A stretch of 64,000 bases of DNA from Batkoa obscura (taxonomy: Eukaryota). Of the stretch, positions 53,703 through 64,000 are shown piece after piece (the first letter of the stretch is position 1; the number at the start of each line of letters is the position of its first letter). The notes below the pieces were generated by a model that was given only the letters and a program-made list of their open reading frames with translations, searched no databases and was not told where the DNA came from. Position numbers and translations under genes: made by a program. The DNA lies in the NCBI GenBank assembly GCA_030770535.1, contig JASVEC010000002.1:434001-498000 (forward strand). The letters are read 5' to 3'.

Positions 53703-53930
53703 ATATGTATTAATCTAAAACTCAAAATTTATTATATTTTATAAAGAAATGGCTTTAATTCATCTCAAGTTATTAAAAAAACATTATAAGAATCTTCTAT
53801 TCAATTCTTATATGACATAAAATTAGATAATTACTGATTAAATACTAAAATAAGAAAATATTCGCATATATAAAAAACATTATAAAAAATCACAAAAGGT
53901 CTTATTTATTTCATAATAACAGTATAAATT

Positions 53931-56123
53931 CTAACTATCCTCTCTAATGGATCTTAGATAGCCAATATCCTCTTCATCAAAATTGTCATCATCTACAAAT
54001 GAATCAATATTATTATAAACATTAGGTGAATTAGGTCGATCATTAGAAATAGTAGCAAATTTCCATGATGAAAAAAAACGTCGAATTTTTTGAGATGTAG
54101 ATAATTTTATATTATTTCTAACTATTGAATCTTCTTCATCAGAATCATAATATAGTGAACTATTATTATTTGAAGTAACTTCAACTGCCATAGATCTCGA
54201 TGGCGAGTTACGATTATAGTTAGAATTATTTCTTGAACTAAATATATCCACTTCATTTCTTTCAAAATTGGTAATATTTGATTGAATTCTACGTTCTTCT
54301 CTTATTCTTTCATTTTTTAATATTTCCCTACCTTCCCTTAATCTTTCAATTGAGTTTTGATCCTCCAATAATAAATTATCAATTGAAAAATAATTAAATA
54401 ATTTTTTGTGCCACTGAAAGATGGAAAATAATACTGGAATTAAGATTAATAATGGAAAATAATTACTAAATTTACCCAAAAATGGTACTAAATCAATTAC
54501 TCCCATCAATTGATAAAACACTGAGTTTTCAACCGATGCTGATCCTGCTAACATTAAAAAGTTATAATATAATGGCATTGCTAATTTACATAAATATTCA
54601 CCACTTAATAGTAATGATATAGAATCCGTATGTTGATTAGGTACTAATACATAATAATTAAATATTTTGACTTGAAATAAAGAAGAATAAGCACAATAAG
54701 ACATAAATAATATTAAAATGGCAGATATAAGTTGTAATAAAGAATAAGCCCCTTGTAATTGATTAAAAAATAGAGCTATTATAGATAATGTAACATTGGG
54801 TATTTTAAATGTTAATTCTGACCAAAGTATAATGACAGATAATATTAAAAACAAGAAACTACTCAATTTCAAATAATTTGGTTCAATTAACACATAATAA
54901 TACCATAATATTGTTATCTTCAAATCATCCCATTTACTACCATTTAATATCATCAATTCTGATGTTAATTTTTTATCACTATTTTTACTACAATTTATAA
55001 TATCTTGAATTAAGAACGCTTCTTTTAATACTTGTTCCCATATTGCTTGATTTCTTTCTTTTAATTTTAAGTTTCTTTTTAATTTTAAATGAATTTGATC
55101 TAAATATTCTTCTGTTATAATATCAGGTATTACTTCGTTATTATTATTATTATTTCTTGTTGTTGTTAACTCATATAAATAAGCCAAATCCAAATTAAAT
55201 TCTTTTAATATTAAATGAAATTCATTTTGTATACTTTGATTTGTTTGCTGATTTATTTTATTTGATATTAGTTGTATAATACTTAATATTTGTTTTAATT
55301 CATATTCACTATCATTTAATTTTTCTTTTAATATTGGTGCTTGAATTTCCATTTTTTTTAATCTTTCCGTTGGACTTGAATATATCCAAAATTGTCTAGG
55401 TACATCTATTAATCCATATCCCATAAAACATATTATTAATAATAATCCATAACAATTTGATATCGCTATTAAATAACTTTTGGTTGCTTGACTTTAATAA
55501 AACATTATATATTATTTAAGTTAATAAAATAAAAAGACTTACAAGCTATTTAGTTGATTTTTGATAACTATATAAACTACTGCTACTATACCAATACCAC
55601 CAACAATAGATAAATAAACTAACTGTCTTAAAATAGCCTTTCTTAGTTTACGTTTCCAATTAAATCCACCTAAATCTAAATATCTTTCCATTATTGGTAT
55701 AATTATCCTAAATAAAAAAGAAAATTTGATTTATAACTCTGTATAATACTATTCATCATAAAAAATTACCAATTTAATACAAATGAAGTCCAATAAACAA
55801 TCCTCCAAATAATATATAACACTTTATTATCAATATATAATACTGGTTCAACACACAATCTTAAATCTGAAGTTTCTTTTAAACATAAATCATATTTTGT
55901 CTAATATTAAATTAATGATCAAAATTTAAAAAATAATACTTTTGCTTACCGATAATAGATCAATAGGTAACAAGAAGAAAGCAGAGAAAGGGAATGACCA
56001 AGCTAGAGTAACAATCAATAAAATAAAATTAAAGTTTTTAAACGAAGTATATCGATTTAATATTAATATCACTATCCCAATAGTTAATAAAAACAATAAA
56101 GCTAATAAAAAGTAACTGAGCAT
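53931..56123 (-). CDS. LMBR1-family membrane protein (LMBRD2-like), multi-exon
   Basis: FLLPIDL, WRIVYWTSF, MGYGLIDVPR, IILWSEL, PLYYNFL, MGVIDLVPF. Confidence 0.9.
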
Positions 56124-56665
56124 ATCTTTCTCACTCTTATTGAGGTAAATAGATTAGTTATTAGTAGGCTCTAGATGATATCGTTGAGTTTGGGTTAATG
56201 AATAAAAATATAAAACTTAGTTTATGCTATTTTTATTAAATTTCTTGGTATTAAGAACTGTTCATTTTTTATTGGCTAAAATTCAAACTTCATTGATTTT
56301 ATGCTTAGAGAAAAATTCAATCATCAAAATTCAGACTTGAATTTTAACTCAAAAATTCCAATTGCAGTCCTAAAAAGTATCTAAACATAATTCATCGAAT
56401 TTTTAACACATTTTTTTCAATAAAAAAAATGTAATTCATAGTTCACTGAGTTTGATCTTTTAATGATTCAAGTTCATAAAGTTGGGCTTTTTACCCGATA
56501 CCCCCAACTTGTTGATTTTTAGACTATTTATTGCATCTATTATAGTATAAAAGTCCAACGACGAAGTCTTAGATTCTTCCATTAATTGAACTATATAAAA
56601 GTTGTTGACACCTCACTGTTGGTTTAATCTCATCTAACTTAATATTGTTAACAAAACTAAAATAT

Positions 56666-56763
56666 GGGGATGTGTTTTTTTTGTTCAAGAATTTTACTGA
56701 CAACCTTTCCGCTCAAATAACGCTTAAAAAATGGAAAAAGTAATGAAACCAAAAAACATACTC
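56666..56763 (+). mobile_element. MITE copy 15
   Basis: GGGGATGT...ACATACTC; ATAT flanks. Confidence 0.88.
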
Positions 56764-57017
56764 ATATGCTGATTTTAAATAGTTTTATTAGTTATATTCA
56801 ATTATTATTAACTAATAAAATGGACTGTATAGATTTAACTGCTATATTTTGACTGTCAAAATGTTAATATAGCAGCATATCTATTGAGTTGTTCTAAATA
56901 AAATATTTAAATTCAATAAAATACTCAACATGAAATTAATATTCATTAATAAATAGATACTCTAAATAAAGTATTAGTTTGAATAAAATATAAATTAAAT
57001 TAATAGTACAAATATAT

Positions 57018-57116
57018 GGGGATGTTTTTTTTGGCTTCATTATTTTTTCCATCTTTTAAGCGCTATTTGAGTGAAAAAATTGTTAGTAAAATTGTTAAGT
57101 ACAAAAATACATCCCC
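57018..57116 (-). mobile_element. MITE copy 16
   Basis: Perfect GGGGATGT/ACATCCCC termini; ATAT flanks. Confidence 0.9.
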
Positions 57117-57504
57117 ATATATACAATAATTAAATTATTTAAACTATAGATATTAACTATTAATCATTAAAGCAATCGATGGATTGGCAATTGAAATTTT
57201 ATTTAAAATTATAATGAACATTAAGACATTGTTGGGAAATACATGTTTTAAATTAAGGTAGATGTAAATTTCTGTCATACAATAGATTTCAACTAATAAA
57301 ATTAACCTCAGAAAGTCATCAAATTAATTTCATTAGCTGAAGCCCTTTTGGCATGGCTTAAGTTAAAATTTGGTAAACATAAAAATCACTCAACAACAAT
57401 GTATTAAAAAGTTAAGATTTTGAATTCAAATTTAAATCTAAAAAATTAATCAAAACAAAAAGAAACTCATTTATATAATAATATATAATAAGTATTCGTT
57501 TTAT

Positions 57505-58878
57505 TTAGCTTTCGCTATCAACAATTTTTACCACAACACCCACCGCTATAGTTGAAGAAGCATTTCTTAATGCAATTCTACCTAACGAAGGGACCAAATA
57601 AAAACAATCAATAGCAATAGGTTCTTTAAATGTTAGCTCTACCAATGCATTATCACCAGGTAATAATTCATCTACTTCTTTGATGTCGCTTTGATCATTG
57701 ATTTTTTTAATCAATCTAGCAAAAACACAAGAATTAGAATGTAAATTATGACTATCGATCATGACCTCAAATCCCTCCTTGATACCTTCATTATCTTTTT
57801 TATTAAAATAAGATAGTACTGTGATATAAGCTAATAGTGAATGCACAGGTAGACATGGATTTTTATCGGGATGACTCAACAAATGGCCACGTCGAATACT
57901 TCTATGATTGATATCTGTTAACTTAAAAGTAACCTTGTTATCTTGTGATACACTGTTTACTCTTTGATTATTAAATTCAATAAAATCTACTTTGCTTTTT
58001 GTATTATTGGGAGATATAATAACAGTATCTCCACAAGTTAAAATTCCACTTTCAATTTTACCTATACATAGTATCTCACTAGACGATAACTGAATGGTAT
58101 CTTGGATCGATATTCTTAATAAATCTTCGTTTGGTTGTTGATTATTGACTTTGATTTCATTCAATAGTTCAATTAAAATTTTATCATTATACCAAGTTAA
58201 GTTAGTAGATGCTTGGATCACGTTCTCTCCATTATAACTACAGACAGGTATAAAATAAATAGTAGTATGGCTCTTTAAATAAGGAATACTATCAATGACT
58301 TTATTGATACTATCTACTAATTCATTGTATATTTTTTGATCGTAGTGAATCAGATCCATTTTATTAGTAATAAAAATAAGCTCCTTAACCCTCATATTTT
58401 TAATAAAAGTCAAATGTTTTTTCAGGTGTTGTTGACGAGCTTCTTGGTTATCAACACTAGAAATAACAAATAAAGCAACATCTACCTTAGAGATTCCAGT
58501 AATCATATTTTTAATAAAATTTGGATTTGCAGAGATATCCGATATATTAATCACTTTAGTTTCACTTTCAATGGAATATAATTTATGACTGTTTGGTCGG
58601 CTGTTATTATTGTTGCTATTAAAGTTAATGTTAACTGTACTTTGATCATAGCTACTATTGATACTATTGATATTATCTTTGAGCCCTTGTTTGAATAAGG
58701 AATTGTATTTATCTAAACTATTTTTACCTTGATTAAGAGATAGATGCTCCAATTGATATTCTTGTAGAGAAATAGGATCCCTTTTATTATAAAAATAAAT
58801 TAATTGTGCCAATACATTACATTTACCACTCAACTCATCTCCTACAATTATCATATTCATTGCTTCTTTATTATTCAT
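57505..58878 (-). CDS. Highly divergent EF-1alpha-family protein with degenerate G motifs, intronless
   Basis: FIKNMITG, NKMD, LRISIQD, GKIESG, IRRG, LGRIALR..TIAVGVV retained; G1 is GDELSGKC and G3 is DISAN. Confidence 0.85.
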   Translation of the reverse strand: MNNKEAMNMIIVGDELSGKCNVLAQLIYFYNKRDPISLQEYQLEHLSLNQGKNSLDKYNSLFKQGLKDNINSINSSYDQSTVNINFNSNNNNSRPNSHKLYSIESETKVINISDISANPNFIKNMITGISKVDVALFVISSVDNQEARQQHLKKHLTFIKNMRVKELIFITNKMDLIHYDQKIYNELVDSINKVIDSIPYLKSHTTIYFIPVCSYNGENVIQASTNLTWYNDKILIELLNEIKVNNQQPNEDLLRISIQDTIQLSSSEILCIGKIESGILTCGDTVIISPNNTKSKVDFIEFNNQRVNSVSQDNKVTFKLTDINHRSIRRGHLLSHPDKNPCLPVHSLLAYITVLSYFNKKDNEGIKEGFEVMIDSHNLHSNSCVFARLIKKINDQSDIKEVDELLPGDNALVELTFKEPIAIDCFYLVPSLGRIALRNASSTIAVGVVVKIVDSES

Positions 58879-59051
58879 ATTGGACTAATTTTTAACTAAA
58901 TTTTACTAAAACTATTAAATTGTTTGGAATGTGACGTTTGATTTCATTCTTTAAATTCCAACCAATAAAAGTGAACTACTAATTCTATTATTTGCTTTTG
59001 TAACAAAATAAAATCGAATGATAAAAATAAAATAATTTACTAAAACTTGAT

Positions 59052-60456
59052 TTATTTGAGCTTCAATAGCCAATAAGAGCCTTGTACTAAAAGTAAGATC
59101 AGAGGTTGCCAAACGATGAGGTACCTTACATAATCCAACAAATTTAAAAAGTACATCTGTTGCGTATCCCATGGATTATTTTTAAACTTACTCAAGTCCA
59201 CTTTTTCAAGGCAATAAGGGCAGATTTCTTTCTTCCCAATGATACACCATCCACGTATACATTTTTCGTGGAATTCGTGATCGCATTCTAGCTTGTATAT
59301 GTTATCTTGTAGTACAATTTTATTATCATTTGTATTATCATTGTTGTATAATTCATTTTCTTTTCCAATCTCTCTTAAATACCATCCACAAATACCACAC
59401 TTATTTGTTTCTATCTGTTTACTTGGTATACCATCTTTGACATAATACTATTTATACATATTAATACCAATATTCTTAACGTTGATATAATAGAACTTAC
59501 CCCCAAAGCAGAAGCCATTCTATCTGAGCACAGCTCTGCAAAATCTCTTGACAGAATACTAATAATTCAATAAATACTAACAACATATAACTATAAAAAT
59601 AATTACCCAAAATATAAGCCATAGCATAACAGTTTAAAAGGCAATGAAATCATAAATTCACTAGTTTCATTAGGTTGTTCTGGTGGTGGTATCATAAATA
59701 AAGTGATCATTAACCCAATATATCCTACCATGCCTACAACATATGAAATGTTATGGGTAACTTCAAACCATTTGTAAACCAAACTATAAATGGAGAATGA
59801 TTAAGAATTATAACATTGGGAATAATAACTTACCGAGGAGTCAGGTGGTTCAATGGGGTTTTCGATGCTTGGTAAATGACTAAAATAAAACATCAATCTA
59901 TAACTACTAGTGAAATTTCTATTTTTGACTTACTCCAAGAGTTTAAAATCGAAAAAAAGCACCAAAAATAAGTAAATGTTGGAACTGGTGTGATAAAATA
60001 AAAGAACAAAATAGGAATTAACCTTAAAGAAAAGGAATATGTTAGATTGCTATTGTTAATATCCTTTTATATTTAAACGGTTTACCATAATCCTACTAAA
60101 GACACAAGTTGATATGATTTATATGCTTTCTTTTTCCAATATAAAACTAACCATTGGATAAAAATAACAAAGAATAGTAGTATTATTAACATTAAGAAAT
60201 GCATGTTTTCATGACCTAAAAAACCATCAGTTAGTTGATTACTCTAAAACTGTTCTTTTTTTCTTATTACCCTTATGCACTTTTTGATATTCTTGTTCCT
60301 GTTTTTGCCTATTTATAATTAATTTTATGACTTAAATTTATAAATCTTTTACATCTCCTTCATTCTGATTTCATAATCATTTAACTCGTGACTTAGCTAG
60401 TAAACTAATATTTATTCATTATCGTAAACTTTGATTAATTCCTTTACCTCCACCAT
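59052..60456 (-). CDS. RNF121: RNF121/RNF175-like transmembrane RING protein, multi-exon
   Basis: HKGHENMH, TPRLVYKWF, SRDFAELCSDRMA, CDHEFHEKCIRGWCIIGKKEICPYC, NPW...RYLIVWQP. Confidence 0.92.
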
Positions 60457-60574
60457 TTTTAAAAAAATCAAAAATTAAATTAATAAAGAGATAAAAATCG
60501 AAGCTTAAAGTAGTGAGACAAGATAAACCAAATTTACTATTTATTTTTAGTATTACCAAATATAGTAATTATAT

Positions 60575-62225
60575 TTAATCAAAAACATAGGGGGATCCAG
60601 TAGAAGGGGAATTATTAAGTTGGATCCTTTTATTTGGTATCCTTCGAGTTGTGTCTCTCCGTCTACGTATATTTCTATTTGAATTATTAGTTAACTTTTT
60701 TTATTATTTATTATAAACTCTTACTTTGATTTAACCTCTTCCAAGCCCAATTGTTTTTCCATTAAATTAGGTAATAATTTAATAAGCTTAGGTAGTGTTG
60801 GATTCAATTGTATCGAATCTTTAAATAAATTATTTTTATCATTCTTAACATTAATATTCATAACATTATCAATACTCTCATTCTTATTATTGGTATTCTC
60901 TTTAAGCTTTTCAATCGTTTGTATATAACTATTCGTTGATAAAGCTGCTTGAAGTAGATTGTCCATTTCATTCCGATACCCTTCTTTTTTACTTTTTCTC
61001 TCTAGATATGTGATTGCTTCTACTTTTTGTTCCATAAATTGAAATAGTTGTTCACGGATACTATGTGCTATCATGACCTTGAATTCCCCACCAATGCCTA
61101 AATCTGCTGCTAGTATGTCTGCAAAATTTTCTGGACTTATTTCAGAATCTAAATTCCAATTAAATTCATCTTGATAATGGTAATTGCCTATCATTAAATC
61201 TAACTGTATAATAAAGTAGATTTTAATATATTAAAATAAATTTAAATTTAAACTTACTTTAATTAAAAGAATAATATCGATTTCATTTTCATATTCCAAA
61301 AATAAAGTTTGATTTTTTTGAATTTCATTCATAATAAAATCATATTTTTCAACCTGACTTTTGATATTATTTTCTATAATGTTTATTAAATTTGAGTTTT
61401 CTAAGTTTAAGTCAATACATAAGATTTCAGCAAATTTTAATGCCGTGATTTGAGTTTCTATTACTTTTTAGTACTAATAAATAAAATCTAAATTAGTAAA
61501 AAGCTACCATTTTCATTCCATAAAAATACATCCTTTAGAAAATAATCTCCCAAATCCAAATCAATGCGTATGGGTATTAAACTATCACACATCCTCTCAT
61601 CACCATCTAAATCCTCTCCAACTTTTTCCTTTTTTAGCTTCAAGATTCTAAAAATTAAATTAGTAACTTGATATTCTATTTTAGTCTCCACAATTACCTA
61701 GAACACATTTTATTTTTACTAATTGTCCTGCTTTTATCCATCATGTCCTTAACCTGATCCGGGAAATATGAATACTCTTGAAGCATTCTTTGATATGTAG
61801 TAGACAAAGGTACTAGTAGTGAAGTATCTCCCTGCTTTAATCTTACTTCATAGCTACTTCTACTCCCAAATGATACTTCCCTTTCCATTCTAGGTAAACT
61901 CAAATCTGTATTAATTATTGCTTCACTTCGGGTTCTAAGGCTATTTTATTAGCTAAACTTTTATATTATGTTTTATGGCCTACCTAATGTTACTTATAGG
62001 TGGGGTACTTATATTATTATTTAAACTCCAAATATTCGTATTTCCCTATTAAAGATTGATCTCTTTTAGTTATATTTCGCTATTCTATGATAGATAAAAT
62101 CTTACCTTATTAAAATTGGGGTTCAGTGGGGACCCTTGGTAAGCATCTGATTCATTGTTATTGTTCAAGGCACTGTTAACTCGACGGTAGCGCTTCCGGC
62201 TCTCTAAGGAAAACACGCCTTGCAT
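60575..62225 (-). CDS. SNF5/SFH1-family chromatin remodelling subunit, multi-exon
   Basis: LIPIRIDLD...LKDVFLWN; YQDEFNWNL...PENFADILAADLGIGGEF..MIAHSIREQL. Confidence 0.88.
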
Positions 62226-64000
62226 TTTTGTGGTTTTTATTTAATAAAAATACAAATGGAGTAGAATTTGAATGAAAGATTTTAAAATTCAAATTAGGAA
62301 TTTTTATTGGCTCATAGGAACGATGGAGTTAGATAAGCCAATCAAAGCGAAAGTTGATTTATACTAGGAGTTATGCTTTTTTAGTGGGAATTTACTATAC
62401 ATAGCAAATATTATTATTATATTATTAACTATTTAATAAATAAGTTTTATATGAAAAGGATAGATACTTTCTACTAGATTTTAGAGTTTAAGAAAAAAAA
62501 CATACTTGGGATTTCAACTATGTACTTCATTAAAGAGCTTGCTTCTCTATTAATAGTTTTGGTTAATGATTAATATTTAAAGTTATTTACCATCTTTTCT
62601 ATTTTAATATTTAGCAAAGTGAAAAGATTTTAGAAACATTTTTTAATAAATTCTAATGGTTGTGACTATTAATCATAACTTCTTGATGATGTACAAAAAT
62701 TAGTATTTTCAATATTGATAGTTCATATAATTTTAATGATTATGATTAAGCTAAAAATTCAGGGATAAAGTTAAATGGTTTGTTTTTAGTTTTGGGTAAG
62801 AACTGGATTTCTAATAATACCTTAAGTTAGACTAAAAAATCTTTATCTTTCTAATAAAATAAACAGCATTGAAGTTTTGGCTTTTACAACTTGTTTTAAA
62901 TTTTCTTTTCTGCTTTTAAGTTATGATAGCTATAACTTTACAGTACAAAGCATTTTATGAATTATGACTTCAAGTATCTCTAATACATAAGTCGGATTTT
63001 ACATTCAGAACTATGGTTTGTGTTATAGTTTATTAATATTATAAAGATTCCTATCAAACAAAACAGTTTATAATTGTAATTTGTATTTTTTTCTCCATTT
63101 TTTGTCATCATCTTTATTCAAAAGTAAATTACTCTTTGCAATCTTTCATCAATTTTTAAGAAGTTAGTTTTAAAGCTAATTGTGTTAATAAATGTAAAAG
63201 GATATTAAAAAAGCAAAAGATATAGAAAGGGACTGAAGTGAATTCATATTAAGGCTTTGTAGTTTCGAATAATACAAATTTTGTTTTCTAATTATAGGAA
63301 GATATTAAAAGTTTCATTTTCTTACAGCATAATTAATTTGTTTGAAACTTAATAAAAACAAGAGCCATAAGGACCAAAAATTGCCTCGTTTTGTTGAAGA
63401 TGACATAAAAATTGAATTATTGAAGCAGATTCCGATCATGAGCTTCCACACCCACTCATATAATTTTTTCAGCATAGACAAAAGCTAAAAATAAAAACGA
63501 ATTCAATGTTAAAAACAAACTTCTAAATGAAAAGTTTGATAAAATTTGAAAAGCCAAAGAATTCCAAGCTGGATGAAACTTAAAAATTAACTTAAATTTT
63601 ATTCTTTCTTAATAAGCCCTTTGAATGCTTGTTCAAGAATTAATATTTTACTTTAAAGGATTTATTAAAAGCCTATCTTTGATGTTATGAAAAGATGTAT
63701 TCTCAAGCCGAAGTTTTACTTTATGGACCTTACTTCCTTTAGTGAAATGTTATCTATAATCCTGGTTTTTAGTTAATAAAGTAATATATCCACTTTCATT
63801 TAAAATATTAAGATCTAATGGATAAAACCCGAAAAGTATGTATATTTTACTTTTTGCAACAAAACGGAGGCTTTGTTGTTGATAATATTTTATACTAGCA
63901 TTAGTATATTTAATATGTAGTTTTTTCTACCTTGCTACGATTTTATCCTATTTAATAATAATGACAAACAATTCAAACAAGTACAACGAGACAATGGTTA

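Noticed and set aside
58951..59172. 73-aa ORF from the track
   Set aside because: Wrong frame of the last RNF121 exon, whose real frame ends at 59052
62105..62225. GC-richer segment first suspected to be an ncRNA
   Set aside because: It reads as the first coding exon (MQGVFSLESRKRYRR...) of the SNF5/SFH1-family gene, ending at a GTAAG donor
63300..63780. Coding-like stretch (KDQKLPRFVEDDIKIELLKQIP...)
   Set aside because: Interrupted by stops and no family recognised; may be a transposon or gene relic but cannot be supported

Overview
Very AT-rich eukaryotic DNA with compact genes and short GT-AG introns. The gene set (CstF-50, PRL phosphatases, RNF34-like, RNF121, SNX9-like, CDK11) suggests an early-diverging, non-Dikarya fungus; this is inferred, not searched. 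I assembled about 29 protein-coding genes by hand across introns, including two with no ORF-track entry (a second PRL phosphatase and an NCE101-like gene). The window also holds one tRNA-Thr(TGT), one pseudogene and 16 copies of a ~100-bp MITE with 4-bp target-site duplications. Most notable: (1) both anciently duplicated PRL paralogues carry a conserved 5-codon uORF, M-x-x-P-G-stop; (2) a birth-and-death cluster of 10-Cys secreted peptides, possibly KP6-like; (3) an intronless EF-1alpha-like pseudo-GTPase; (4) the MITE family; (5) a candidate structured ncRNA near 3.5-3.7 kb. Exon boundaries were read by eye and may be off by a few bases.
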